Positions 20,911-30,933 are shown, counted from the stretch's first letter. The stretch is DNA of 64,000 bases from Alphaproteobacteria bacterium (GCA_017465945.1 JAFTVD010000007.1:4926-68925); one strand, 5' to 3'. The notes: generated by a model not told the origin, from the sequence alone. Numbers and translations are program-made.

Positions 20911-21267
20911 ATGAAATCTAAAGAATTATTAAAAGAAGCCAAAACAAACTTTGTAAAAGAGTTTGGCAAAACGCACAAGGAAAGTGGGTACTTTTTCGTT
21001 TTCCCTTGGAGAAAAAGCGTACTATTTGCTCATAATAAAGAGGAAGCATCTGCCTACATCAAAAGTCAGCACGTCGTAAAAGCCTCAATAATCATTGCAA
21101 TCATTGGTTGTTTAGCTGCAACTATTTGCTTTACACTCGGTGTTTCCGTGCAAACAATCTTTATCATAGGATTTGCTTGCATCGTACTCATCGCCGCTCT
21201 TTTATGTATTCACTTTGACTGCGTAAAAACTAGCAAAGACAAAGTGCTCATCTACAAGCATGACTAA
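20911..21267 (+). CDS. small membrane protein, paralog A (118 aa)
   Basis: N-terminus ELLKEAKTNFVKEFGKT plus hydrophobic helices. Paralogous to the next gene, and the two share an AATTAATTATTATA upstream element. Confidence 0.4.
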   Translation: MKSKELLKEAKTNFVKEFGKTHKESGYFFVFPWRKSVLFAHNKEEASAYIKSQHVVKASIIIAIIGCLAATICFTLGVSVQTIFIIGFACIVLIAALLCIHFDCVKTSKDKVLIYKHD

Positions 21268-21386
21268 CTTTTCAATCCTATCATTCCCAAATGATAGGAT
21301 TTTTTAATAAATGTATATTGCAAAAAAAATAAATCACTCTATGATAAATCAAGAAAATTAATTATTATAACTTAATACATATATTT

Positions 21387-21779
21387 ATGAATAACGAATT
21401 ATTACAAAAAGCAAACGAGCTTTATCAAAAAAAATTTGGCAAAACTACCGATGAGACGAAGATGACCTCAATCAGTACATGGAACAAACATTTTGTATAT
21501 GCTCCATCAGAACAAATTTTGGATGCTTTTTTTGAAGAAGATAAAATCATCCAAACAGTAATACCCATAGTAATGCTCGTTGTTGTTGTTCCAATCTTTG
21601 CCGGAACAACAAAGTTTATAACCGATGCAATAAATCGTATTAATAGTGACCTTGTAGTCTGGATGATGAGTATCTACATGATTGTACCTATTTTGATTTT
21701 GGTGTGGGCCTTCTGTAAAGTTTGCAAACTGAACAAAATCCAAAAAAATCAAATCACATTGATTGAAATGGAAGATTAA
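21387..21779 (+). CDS. small membrane protein, paralog B (130 aa)
   Basis: N-terminus ELLQKANELYQKKFGKT plus hydrophobic helices; paralog of 20911..21267. Confidence 0.4.
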   Translation: MNNELLQKANELYQKKFGKTTDETKMTSISTWNKHFVYAPSEQILDAFFEEDKIIQTVIPIVMLVVVVPIFAGTTKFITDAINRINSDLVVWMMSIYMIVPILILVWAFCKVCKLNKIQKNQITLIEMED

Positions 21780-21785
21780 TAAAAA

Positions 21786-21813
21786 AACCACCCCTAACAG
21801 GGTGGTTTTTTAC
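21786..21813 (+). terminator. intrinsic terminator
   Basis: aaccacccctaacagggtggtt hairpin plus a T-run. Confidence 0.7.
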
Positions 21814-21814
21814 A

Positions 21815-21841
21815 TATAAAAAGGACCGCTAACAGCGGTCC
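21815..21841 (-). terminator. intrinsic terminator for rpmB
   Basis: ggaccgctaacagcggtcc hairpin, with a T-run on the minus strand. Confidence 0.55.
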
Positions 21842-21862
21842 CACCGCAAACAAATCTTTATA

Positions 21863-22147
21863 TTAAGCTGTAACTTTACCAGCAATTACTTTTTTTATCT
21901 TCTTTGCTTCGTCTGTTAATTTGCCATCAGGTGTAGCCATCAAATAAGCATCTAAACCACCTTTGTGCTCAATAGAACGAAGAGTCTTTGTGCAGATTCT
22001 CAATTTGTAAACCTTACCTAAAGCTTCACTCAAAAGAGAAACTACTTGAAGATTAGGCAAAAAGCGACGACGAGTTCTGTTGTTAGCGTGGCTAACATTG
22101 TTACCGCTCATAACGCCTGTGCCTGAAATTTCACATTTCTTAGCCAT
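21863..22147 (-). CDS. rpmB: 50S ribosomal protein L28 (alphaproteobacterial type)
   Basis: MAKKCEISGTGVMSGNNVSHANNRTRRRFLPNLQ... is the canonical L28 N-terminus. 94 aa. Confidence 0.9.
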   Translation of the reverse strand: MAKKCEISGTGVMSGNNVSHANNRTRRRFLPNLQVVSLLSEALGKVYKLRICTKTLRSIEHKGGLDAYLMATPDGKLTDEAKKIKKVIAGKVTA

Positions 22148-22290
22148 TTTTTTATCCTTTACTCAAAAAACTTTTGCTCATACATACATACATTATCCTA
22201 ATAAGTCAAGCAAAATCTTCCAAAAAACTATAAAAAAAACTAGATTTTTTACAATTTTCGTAATATAAGACAGAATTCAAAGAACAAAAT

Positions 22291-22367
22291 GTACCCGTAG
22301 CTCAACTGGATAGAGTGTTGGCCTCCGACGCCAAAGGTTGCGAGTTCGAACCTCGCCGGGTGCACCA
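22291..22367 (+). tRNA. tRNA-Arg (anticodon CCG)
   Basis: GTACCCGTAGCTCAACTGGATAGAGTGTTGGCCTCCGACGCCAAAGGTTGCGAGTTCGAACCTCGCCGGGTGCACCA has a 7-bp acceptor stem, anticodon loop CT-CCG-AC and a CCA end. Confidence 0.85.
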
Positions 22368-22468
22368 CCTATTTTATCAATTCATTAATATACCTAGCAA
22401 ATTCTACACTATAAACTTAAATACTTCATAACCAATCTCAACAGCCAAATCAAAACCATCAATAAAGT

Positions 22469-22502
22469 AAACCGCCCCATTTAGGAGCGGTTTAAATTTT
22501 TT
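22469..22502 (+). terminator. intrinsic terminator downstream of tRNA-Arg
   Basis: aaccgccccatttaggagcggtt hairpin plus a T-run. Confidence 0.5.
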
Positions 22503-22503
22503 A

Positions 22504-23103
22504 CTATTTTACATGAATAAACTGATGCTTATCAAAGTCATAGATTAAATGTAGCACACTACAATTATCATAACAAACATCACTAAGCTCTAACCCGCAA
22601 GCAATAGCATTAATCACACCAGCGTGACAAACAACACCAACGCTCCCATTGAGAAACTCGTTTTCAATAACAATGTTCAAAAGAGCATTCATTACACGCA
22701 CATAAACATCTTCCTTACTTTCTCCATTAGGATATTTTTCACCCCAATTTTCTTTAGTTGGCCACAAAAGATTTTCAACAACGTCGCCATATTTTTCTCT
22801 AATATATTCAAAGGTTTCCCCTTCAAAATCACCTAAATTGCATTCTTTTAAATCTTGTAAAATAACAATCGGTGCTGAAAAAATACCTTTATTAGCAACA
22901 ATATTAGCTGTTTGCACAGCTCTTAATAACGGAGAACAATAAAACTTGCGGATACCTTTATCTTTAATTTTTTCGCCTAAAGCTTCAGCTTGTTTTTTGC
23001 CAGTTTCGTTTAATAAAACATCAGAGCCGCTACCCTGCCACTTTTGAGCCAGATTCAAATCTGTTTGCCCGTGTCGTAAAATGTAAACATTAATTTTACT
23101 CAT
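22504..23103 (-). CDS. histidine phosphatase superfamily protein (phosphoglycerate mutase-like, SixA/GpmB type)
   Basis: RHGQT catalytic motif (VYILRHGQTDLN), and downstream LLRAVQTA and VCHAGV motifs. Start placed at the internal ATG at 23103. Confidence 0.7.
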   Translation of the reverse strand: MSKINVYILRHGQTDLNLAQKWQGSGSDVLLNETGKKQAEALGEKIKDKGIRKFYCSPLLRAVQTANIVANKGIFSAPIVILQDLKECNLGDFEGETFEYIREKYGDVVENLLWPTKENWGEKYPNGESKEDVYVRVMNALLNIVIENEFLNGSVGVVCHAGVINAIACGLELSDVCYDNCSVLHLIYDFDKHQFIHVK

Positions 23104-23160
23104 AATTAACAGAAAAATATATTTGTGCGCCCAATATAACATCAAAAATATTTTTTGCAA

Positions 23161-23184
23161 CAAAAAAGGTAGCCACCTGCTACC
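23161..23184 (-). terminator. probable terminator for cmk
   Basis: ggtagccacctgctacc hairpin, with a T-run on the minus strand. Confidence 0.4.
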
Positions 23185-23207
23185 TCCTTGTTTTTAACAA
23201 ATAATTT

Positions 23208-23864
23208 CTAAATTTTACCTTCAATCACTTTAACAGCCTCATTAAATACATCATCAATCCCCATATCAGAAGTATCTAAAATAATCGCATCATCAGCAGG
23301 TTTCATAGGCGCATCTTTTCGATTCGCATCACGTTCATCACGTTTTTTAACATCACTCAAAACCACATCATACTGTGCATCCATACCTTTAGCTATAAAT
23401 TCATCATAACGTCTTTTGGCTCTAACTTCCGGAGAAGCCGTTATAAAAAACTTTATCTTTGCATTAGGACAAATAACTGTACCAGTATCACGTCCATCGT
23501 AAATAACTCCTTTTGCAGGAGTTCCATCTGCAAAAGTTGGATTCTTCGCAAAATTTTTCTGCATATCTAAAAGCCTAGCCCTAACACCTGAATAACTAGA
23601 AACAATAGATGCAGCCTCCCCTCCTCTTGCTGAACGAAAATCTTTATTTTTTGATAATTCTATCATACTAACAAAAGTCAAATTTTCCGCTTCTTTTTCA
23701 GCAACTTCAACATTATTCAAATCACAATTATTAAGCAACATACGGAGTCCAACAGCTCTATAAACCATCCCAGTATCAAAATATGCAAGCCCATATTTGT
23801 CTGCTAATTTCTGAGAAAGCGTTCCTTTACCAGCAGCCGCAGGACCATCAACCGTAATAATCAT
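23208..23864 (-). CDS. cmk: cytidylate kinase
   Basis: P-loop TVDGPAAAGKGTLSQ, YRAVG motif and DGRD motif. 218 aa. Confidence 0.9.
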   Translation of the reverse strand: MIITVDGPAAAGKGTLSQKLADKYGLAYFDTGMVYRAVGLRMLLNNCDLNNVEVAEKEAENLTFVSMIELSKNKDFRSARGGEAASIVSSYSGVRARLLDMQKNFAKNPTFADGTPAKGVIYDGRDTGTVICPNAKIKFFITASPEVRAKRRYDEFIAKGMDAQYDVVLSDVKKRDERDANRKDAPMKPADDAIILDTSDMGIDDVFNEAVKVIEGKI

Positions 23865-23962
23865 TATACCCCCTGTCCATAAATTGATAAATTTTATTTA
23901 TTCTTTAACATATCTTCGTTAATATCACAAATATATAACCACTTTACACAAAGAATAAGAAA

Positions 23963-24694
23963 ATGGCAAAAAACTTTCGTTTATACACAAAAGAAGAACT
24001 AAATATCGGTAAAACAATACTCTTAGACGAAGAGCAAACTCATTATTTAAAAAATGTAGTAAAATATACCATAAACGACGACATATTGTGTTTTGATAAT
24101 CAAAATGGCGAATTTCTTTGCAAAATCACGAACATAGGCAAAAAAACAATCCAAATATCTGTACAAAGCAAAACTAAAGATTATATTTCTTGTCCTGATA
24201 TATGGCTATTATTTGCCCCTTTAAAAAAAGATAAAACAGACTTTGTAATAGAAAAAGCAACCGAATTAGGCGTAAAGAAAATTATACCAACTATAACTCG
24301 CTATACCATAACGAATAATATAAAAACAGAACGTTATATAGCACAATCAATAGAAGCTTCTGAACAATGTCGAAGAACAGATTTACCAGAAATATCAAGC
24401 GCTAAATCCCTACAAGACATATTATCTAATTGGGATACATCACGCACATTGTTCTTTATGGATGAAACATTACAAAGCAAACCCTTTATTGAACAACTAA
24501 AAAACACAAAAACATCAAAATCCGCCATACTAATTGGTCCAGAAGGTGGTTTTTCTGATGATGAGTTAACAATATTACGCAAACTTCCATTTGCTAAAGG
24601 GGCTACACTTGGACCTAGAATTTTAAGAGCAGAAACAGCTGTTGCCTCTGCCCTTGCTTGTTGGCAAATGATATTAGGTGATTGGAGTAATTAA
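23963..24694 (+). CDS. rsmE: 16S rRNA (uracil1498-N3)-methyltransferase RsmE
   Basis: PUA-like N-terminal domain plus a SPOUT C-terminus (LIGPEGGFSDDEL...GPRILRAETA). 243 aa. Confidence 0.8.
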   Translation: MAKNFRLYTKEELNIGKTILLDEEQTHYLKNVVKYTINDDILCFDNQNGEFLCKITNIGKKTIQISVQSKTKDYISCPDIWLLFAPLKKDKTDFVIEKATELGVKKIIPTITRYTITNNIKTERYIAQSIEASEQCRRTDLPEISSAKSLQDILSNWDTSRTLFFMDETLQSKPFIEQLKNTKTSKSAILIGPEGGFSDDELTILRKLPFAKGATLGPRILRAETAVASALACWQMILGDWSN

Positions 24695-25402
24695 ATGAAA
24701 ATATTAATAGCAGATGACCACGAATTATTTTTAAAAGGTCTAGAATTTACTTTAGAGCAAAACCTACAAAACACAGAAATAACAACTGCTCACAGCTATA
24801 CTGATATATTTAACATTCTAAAAAAACAAAAAGACTTTGATTTAATTATAAGCGATTTAGCAATGCCAGGAGCAAATTGGCTAAACGCTATCACAAAAAT
24901 ACACGAAATTCTTCCAGAAACACCAATAATTATAATTTCCGCAGTATTAGATAAAGAACTATTGCAACAAACATTAGATATTGGTGTAGCAGGATACATC
25001 CCAAAAACAGCATCCAACAACCTAATCATTAGCGCCATAAATCTTGTGCTAGCAGGTGGAATGTATGTTCCTCATGAACTACTATATTCGCCAAAATCAC
25101 AAAATTTATCTGATGAAAAACAAAAAGAATATGTAGCCCCATTAAAAGCTTTAGAAAAAATGTCTCAAGATAGCATTGATAATAATAAAAAGCGTCTAAC
25201 GGAGCGTCAAATTGATATTGTAAAGTGTATCGCAGAAGGTCTATCAAACAAACAAATTGCTTATAAACTAAACCTAACAGAGGGAACTATCAAAGTTCAT
25301 ATAACCATTATCTTAAAACTTCTTAATGTAAAAAATCGTACATCAGCTGTAATAGAAGCAGCAAAACAAGGTTATATCTCTGATAATATTCTCAATCAAT
25401 AA
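24695..25402 (+). CDS. response regulator, NarL/FixJ (LuxR-HTH) family; no cognate histidine kinase in the window
   Basis: REC domain (ILIADDH...LIISDLAMPG) plus a LuxR HTH (LTERQIDIVKCIAEGLSNKQIAYKL). ATGA overlap with the rsmE stop. Confidence 0.85.
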   Translation: MKILIADDHELFLKGLEFTLEQNLQNTEITTAHSYTDIFNILKKQKDFDLIISDLAMPGANWLNAITKIHEILPETPIIIISAVLDKELLQQTLDIGVAGYIPKTASNNLIISAINLVLAGGMYVPHELLYSPKSQNLSDEKQKEYVAPLKALEKMSQDSIDNNKKRLTERQIDIVKCIAEGLSNKQIAYKLNLTEGTIKVHITIILKLLNVKNRTSAVIEAAKQGYISDNILNQ

Positions 25403-25411
25403 GAGGAAAAA

Positions 25412-26086
25412 ATGAACAAAACAAGTAATTCAACCATACCTGTATACATCAAAAATATATATTCATGGTTATATTTAAAACCTTTTGTATATAGTCTGTT
25501 CGACAACCCTTTTGTGCTAAATATACTAACATTAGGATATCATCATATATTGTCAGAAGAATTAAAAAAAGAGATAATACCTCATTCTCATATTCTACAA
25601 GTAGGTGTAACTCTTGGTTCTCAAATTGAAAAAACATATCAAGCACTCGGAACATTTGGCTCATATACCATAGTAGATGTTCTTCCCAAAATATTAAAAA
25701 AATGCCAAGAAAAACATTTAGAGCGTCGCTTAAATCTCGTACAAGCCAATGCTTCTAAAACAATAAAAGGAGAGTACGATACTATAATATGCTACATGCT
25801 ACTACACGAGCTCCCACCAATAACAAAAAACAAATTACTACAAAACATCTCAAAATCATTAAAACCCAATGGCAAGATAATATTTATAGATTATCATCTG
25901 CCTTCCCCATACAATCCATTAAAATACTTCATCAGAGCAGTAAACAGATTGTATCAACCTTTTGCAGAGTCTTTATGGAAAAAATCAATAAAAGAAATAA
26001 TGCCTGATGCTGAACAATATAGCTGGTCAAAACAAACATATTTTGGTGGAGTATATCAAAAAGTTGTAGCCACAAAATACAAATAA
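25412..26086 (+). CDS. class I SAM-dependent methyltransferase (putative)
   Basis: Rossmann-type motif I-like (ILQVGVTLGS) and a post-I acidic residue (IVDVLP). 224 aa. Cotranscribed with the response regulator. Confidence 0.5.
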   Translation: MNKTSNSTIPVYIKNIYSWLYLKPFVYSLFDNPFVLNILTLGYHHILSEELKKEIIPHSHILQVGVTLGSQIEKTYQALGTFGSYTIVDVLPKILKKCQEKHLERRLNLVQANASKTIKGEYDTIICYMLLHELPPITKNKLLQNISKSLKPNGKIIFIDYHLPSPYNPLKYFIRAVNRLYQPFAESLWKKSIKEIMPDAEQYSWSKQTYFGGVYQKVVATKYK

Positions 26087-26089
26087 TTA

Positions 26090-26122
26090 CAAAAAAAGGG
26101 AGAGAAAACTCTCCCTTCTTTG
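26090..26122. terminator. bidirectional intrinsic terminator
   Basis: gggagagaaaactctccc hairpin flanked by A- and T-runs. Confidence 0.65.
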
Positions 26123-26132
26123 CAAAAATTAT

Positions 26133-26618
26133 TTAAGATTTTGAAACATCAATCTTTTTAAATTTTTGCTTTTCCACTTGAGATTTTGGAATAGATACAT
26201 TTAACACACCATTACTATATTTAGCAGTAGTTGCATCATAATCCAAATCCCAAGGCAGTTGTATGGTACGCTTAAACATACCATACGAGATTTCAGAAAA
26301 ATAATTATCTTTGGCGTTATTTTGAACTTCGTTCTTTTTCTCACCAGAAATACACAAATAACCATCCGAAGACACCTTCAAATCGATATCTTTTTCATCA
26401 ATTCCAGGTATTTCAGCAGTAACCTTTACTGCATCTTTATCTTCTGTTACTTGAATTTTAGGCAACAAATCAGACATTTCATTATTAGAAGTATCCATAA
26501 AATTCCAAAAATAATTCATCAAACTTCTGAAATCTGTAGGATTATGAGAAACCGATAAATCATGGTTATTCTGATTCGTATTTGAAACCGCATTTCTCAT
26601 CATATTTCTCCCATTCAT
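26133..26618 (-). CDS. small heat-shock protein (Hsp20/alpha-crystallin family)
   Basis: Alpha-crystallin domain (VKVTAEIPGIDEKDIDLKV...LCISGEKK...ERSYGMFKRTIQLP...A.Y.NGVL.V.IPK). Confidence 0.85.
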   Translation of the reverse strand: MNGRNMMRNAVSNTNQNNHDLSVSHNPTDFRSLMNYFWNFMDTSNNEMSDLLPKIQVTEDKDAVKVTAEIPGIDEKDIDLKVSSDGYLCISGEKKNEVQNNAKDNYFSEISYGMFKRTIQLPWDLDYDATTAKYSNGVLNVSIPKSQVEKQKFKKIDVSKS

Positions 26619-26774
26619 CTATTTTTCTTCCACTTCAACAAAATCTATCTCATCAATTTCATCAGAAAGCTTTGAACCACAGCAACAACTTCCTGTTGAA
26701 GAACTTGAATTAGATTTTGAACTAGAATTTGCCTTCGCTTTTTCATTTGAAAATTTAGATTGAGAATTTTTCAT
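26619..26774 (-). CDS. possible small Ser/Cys-rich peptide (51 aa) upstream of hsp20
   Basis: Hand-translated MKNSQSKFSNEKAKANSSSKSNSSSSTGSCCCGSKLSDEIDEIDFVEVEEK. Same strand as hsp20; too short for the ORF track. Confidence 0.2.
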   Translation of the reverse strand: MKNSQSKFSNEKAKANSSSKSNSSSSTGSCCCGSKLSDEIDEIDFVEVEEK

Positions 26775-26905
26775 ATTTTACCTCCAAAATTTTATATTTT
26801 ACTAAGTAAGGTTTCATATACACAGCACTTCCTTACACCAATAAAATAATCATTATTTGGATTTTTTAACCTAAACTAAAGGGCAGTTAATACTGCCCTT
26901 AATAT

Positions 26906-27880
26906 CTAAAATTCAACATTAATATTTCGTCCCATCTTTAAGAACTTTTCTGTTCTCTGCTCTTTTAATTCCTCAGGACTTAAAACAACCAGTTCTTTTA
27001 ACTGACGAACAAGTGCCTCTTTAACACTTTCAAATACCTGATTTGTATCACGATGAGCTCCACCAAGAGGCTCTTTAATAATTTCATCAATTATTCCAAG
27101 AGCTTTCAAATCTTGCGCCGTTAAGCGAAGAGCTTCTGTTGCATCCTTTGTTTTATCTGGAGAACGCCACAAAATAGATGCACAACCTTCAGGAGAAATA
27201 ACCGAATATATTGAATGTTCTAACATCAAAACTCTATTAGCAGTAGCAATAGCAATAGCACCACCGCTTCCACCTTCTCCAATAATCAAAGAAACAATAG
27301 GAACTTTCACTTGCAAACATTTTTCAATAGATGCAGCAATAGCCTCTGCTTGTCCTCTAGCTTCTGCGTCAACACCAGGATATGCCCCTGCAGTATCCAC
27401 AAAACTGATTATTGGCAAATTAAACTTATTAGCCAAATCCATCATTCGTTGAGCTTTACGATACCCTTCTGGCTTTGCCATACCAAAATTATATTTAATA
27501 CGGCTTTCAAGGTCATTACCTTTTTCTTGTCCCATTACAACAACAGACATACCGCCAAGCTTACCAATACCGCAAACCATAGCTTCATCATCAGCAAAAC
27601 GTCTATCACCAGAAAGAACAACAAAATCTTCAATCAAAGCTTTAATATAATCCAAACAATGTGGTCTTAAAGCATGTCTTGCTATTTGCGCTTTTTGCCA
27701 AGCAGACAAATTCATATATGTACGATTTATATGCTGACTTAACTTTCTCTCTAAACGACGAGTTTCACGTGTAATATCCATATCTTCATCTTTAGCCAAA
27801 AGTTTTAAATGCTCAATTTTTTCTTCTATTTCTAAAATATCTTTTTCAAAATCAAGCACAACTGCTGTAGAGTCACTCAT
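26906..27880 (-). CDS. accA: acetyl-CoA carboxylase carboxyltransferase subunit alpha
   Basis: Highly conserved AccA blocks (RPHCLDYI, FADDEAMVCGIGKLGG, VVMGQEKG, FGMAKPEGYRKA, IGEGGSGGA). Confidence 0.95.
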   Translation of the reverse strand: MSDSTAVVLDFEKDILEIEEKIEHLKLLAKDEDMDITRETRRLERKLSQHINRTYMNLSAWQKAQIARHALRPHCLDYIKALIEDFVVLSGDRRFADDEAMVCGIGKLGGMSVVVMGQEKGNDLESRIKYNFGMAKPEGYRKAQRMMDLANKFNLPIISFVDTAGAYPGVDAEARGQAEAIAASIEKCLQVKVPIVSLIIGEGGSGGAIAIATANRVLMLEHSIYSVISPEGCASILWRSPDKTKDATEALRLTAQDLKALGIIDEIIKEPLGGAHRDTNQVFESVKEALVRQLKELVVLSPEELKEQRTEKFLKMGRNINVEF

Positions 27881-28069
27881 TTTTTATCCTTTTAAAATTT
27901 AATATTGCCCCTCTTATACCACAAAATAAAAAAATTTCATCATTTTTTTTACATCTATACATTTAAACACTGAAAAACTTGTATAAAACTATACGTTTTA
28001 TTGTTTTTTTATTTGCAAAATACAAGTATCTAGCTAAAATAAAGAAAAAATTAATATTGGAGTAAAAAA

Positions 28070-29134
28070 TTGTTAAATATTTCTCTTTTTATTGCTAGTT
28101 TAACCAGTTTCACTTGGTTCTTTTTTTGCATCAAAACATTTGGCTTTAGTTTATCTAATAACGAAACCGTATACCAAAATATTTTAATCTATTTATTACC
28201 AATATTATCAATATGGACAATTTTTGCCATAGTAAAACACTATACTACATCATCACTTAATAATTTACGTATCAACTATTTTCTTGAACAAACCAAAAAA
28301 AATACAGATGCCATAATCAATATAACATCTATACTTTCAAACTGTGTTAAAGAAATGAAATCAAGTTTCATAATTCAACAATCAGAATCCCTAATTTCTG
28401 ACATAAATGAAACTTTATCTGAAATAATCAAACGTAGCAATTCTATTTCTAGCGCTCAAATGGAACATTTATGGGTAAGAGTTTCGGGTGGAGAACGTTG
28501 GATAATTGCCAAAACCTTCATAGAAACACACAATTTCTTAAATGATTTTTCAGAACATTTAATAGAAAAAGCTCAAAAAGACCCTCTATTAAAAGGGAGT
28601 ATATTAGAATTTTATACCAGATATGAAAACCTACATTCTTTACTAGAAAATTATGATACAAACAAAATATTATTCAACACAATCGAATATGGAGCTCTTG
28701 GTAAAGTGTTTAACATATTAACCCCTGTTGTATCAACATTATCTACATCATCAAAAAAAGAAAACAAACAATCCCCAAAAACCAAACAACCTATAGATAA
28801 CAATACCCCAATTGAAGATTTTCCCTCTTTTTTAACAACAGATACATATAAAAAGAAAAAAACAACTTCAACTCCAAGTAATCCTGTTGAAAAAAATGAT
28901 ATAAATATCGAAGAAGGACTAGAAGCAATAAGAAAAGAGTTAACACAAAACAAAACAAATGTTATTAGCAGCTTTTCAAACACACAGTCTGCTCTACGTA
29001 ATCTCAAACAAGAAAATCATGCAAAAATAATATCTATAGATGAAATTGAAAAAGAAATAAACGCATCTCCAGATAACAATTATGATGAAAACAAAAACCC
29101 ACTTGGAGACTGGCTTAATGAAAAAAAGAATTAA
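28070..29134 (+). CDS. hypothetical membrane-anchored protein (354 aa; TTG start with GGAG RBS)
   Basis: Two N-terminal TM helices. Low-complexity S/T/K-rich middle and an acidic C-terminus. Overlaps the start of the downstream substrate-binding protein gene. Confidence 0.35.
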   Translation: MLNISLFIASLTSFTWFFFCIKTFGFSLSNNETVYQNILIYLLPILSIWTIFAIVKHYTTSSLNNLRINYFLEQTKKNTDAIINITSILSNCVKEMKSSFIIQQSESLISDINETLSEIIKRSNSISSAQMEHLWVRVSGGERWIIAKTFIETHNFLNDFSEHLIEKAQKDPLLKGSILEFYTRYENLHSLLENYDTNKILFNTIEYGALGKVFNILTPVVSTLSTSSKKENKQSPKTKQPIDNNTPIEDFPSFLTTDTYKKKKTTSTPSNPVEKNDINIEEGLEAIRKELTQNKTNVISSFSNTQSALRNLKQENHAKIISIDEIEKEINASPDNNYDENKNPLGDWLNEKKN

Positions 29135-30929
29135 TTTTATCATATCGATACTTTTAACTTTTTTCCATATAACAACATCAACCGCCAATGCTAATGATAT
29201 AACTATTAGTAGCCACCTTTCAATAACAGGCTCTCCAAAATACGTAGCATCATTTTCAAATTTTTCCTATGTAAACCCCAATGCCCCCAAAAAAGGGAAA
29301 ATCACCCTCCCCGCATATGGCACTTTTGATAATTTCAACCCTTACATTTTCAAAGGAACAGCTTCAACAGAGTTTGTCGCTCTTTCATTAGATAGCCTAG
29401 GTTACACCCCATCAGATGATATAGGAACAGCTTATCCTCTTATTGCAGAAAAATTTGAACAACCTAGAGACAAATCTTTTATAGGATTTTTCATAAATCC
29501 TAAAGCAAAATTTCACGACAACACCCCAATTACTGCTGATGATGTTGTTTTTAGCTTCAATTCATTAATAACAAAAGGTTCCCCTGTTTACAAATTCTAC
29601 TACCAAGATGTAGAAAGAGTAGAAAAAGTATCAACGCATCACGTCAGATTCCATTTCAAAAAAAATACTAAAAATAGAGAATTACCCCTAATATTAACAG
29701 CACTCAAAATTTTCTCTGCTAAAGATTTTGAAAACAAAGAATACGACAAACCAACCCTAACCCCGCCACTAGGAAGCGGACCTTATAAAATAAAAAATTT
29801 TGATGCCGGAAAATACATCACTTTCATCAGAGATGATAACTACTGGGCAAAAGACCTACCAACCAGAAAAGGATTCTTCAACTTTGATGAAATAAAGTAC
29901 GACTACTATCAAGATACAACCGTCAGCCTGCAAGCTTTGTTTTCTGGCAACATTGATGTCAGATATGAGTATATAGCAAAATCATGGGCAACAGGTTATG
30001 ATAATGACCTAATAAAAAGCAATAAAATAAAAAAACAAGCCATAACACATAATCGTCCTGCTACCACACAATTTTTTGCTTTTAATACTCGAAAAGAAAA
30101 ATTTTCATCTCCTCTTGTAAGACAAGCCATTAACCTTGCTTTCAACTTCCCTTGGGCTAATAAAAATTTATTTTACAATCAATACCAAAGGTTAAATAGC
30201 TATTTCACCAACACCCCATTCCAAGCAACCAACACACCAAAAGACTTAGAGCTAGATATTTTACTACAATTAGAAAAAACTCTTCCCGAAGAAATATTTA
30301 CTACTCCAGTTGAAGCAATTTTTCGTAATGATAACTTATCAGATAGAGAAAACTTAAAACAAGCTGTACAGCTATTAAAACAAGCTGGATACGACTTTAT
30401 TAACGAAAAAATGTGTGATATAAAAACTAAAACCCCCTTAGAGTTTGAAATAATAATAAACTCTGCAAACGGCAACGCATTCACTCGTGTCTTATTACCA
30501 TTTATTGAAAATTTAAGAAAAATAGGCATAAAAGCAACAACCAGAATAACAGAAATAAATACCTATAAAAATAAACTTGATAATTTTGATTTTGATATCG
30601 TAGTTGGAGGTATCGGTGGAATAGCAATCCCTGGTTCAGAACAAAAAGACCTATGGGGTAGCTTATCTGCAGATGTTAGCGGTTCTAACAATATTATGGG
30701 AATAAAAAATCCTAATGTAGACTATCTAATCCAAAAATTAATAGAAACAGAAGACAATGACTTATATACCGCATACGTTAAAGCATTAGATAGAGTATTA
30801 CTATTCAATCACTATGTAATATTTAATTGGTACTCTAGTTCAGACAGAATAGCATATTGGGATAAATTTGAATTTCCCCAAGACACAAACACAGGTATAG
30901 ATACAAACACATGGTGGATAAAGGAATAA
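29118..30929 (+). CDS. ABC transporter substrate-binding protein, family 5 (YejA/OppA-like, peptide/microcin C type)
   Basis: Signal peptide, about 600 aa, with conserved SBP_bac_5 blocks (ITFIRDDNYWA, FDEIKYDYY). Start placed at the internal ATG at 29118. Confidence 0.8.
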   Translation: MKKRINFIISILLTFFHITTSTANANDITISSHLSITGSPKYVASFSNFSYVNPNAPKKGKITLPAYGTFDNFNPYIFKGTASTEFVALSLDSLGYTPSDDIGTAYPLIAEKFEQPRDKSFIGFFINPKAKFHDNTPITADDVVFSFNSLITKGSPVYKFYYQDVERVEKVSTHHVRFHFKKNTKNRELPLILTALKIFSAKDFENKEYDKPTLTPPLGSGPYKIKNFDAGKYITFIRDDNYWAKDLPTRKGFFNFDEIKYDYYQDTTVSLQALFSGNIDVRYEYIAKSWATGYDNDLIKSNKIKKQAITHNRPATTQFFAFNTRKEKFSSPLVRQAINLAFNFPWANKNLFYNQYQRLNSYFTNTPFQATNTPKDLELDILLQLEKTLPEEIFTTPVEAIFRNDNLSDRENLKQAVQLLKQAGYDFINEKMCDIKTKTPLEFEIIINSANGNAFTRVLLPFIENLRKIGIKATTRITEINTYKNKLDNFDFDIVVGGIGGIAIPGSEQKDLWGSLSADVSGSNNIMGIKNPNVDYLIQKLIETEDNDLYTAYVKALDRVLLFNHYVIFNWYSSSDRIAYWDKFEFPQDTNTGIDTNTWWIKE

Positions 30930-30933
30930 AAAT

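Noticed and set aside
26878-26900. Hairpin aagggcagttaatactgccctt downstream of accA
   Set aside because: The stem is plausible but no convincing T-run follows on the relevant (minus) strand, so I did not list it as a terminator.
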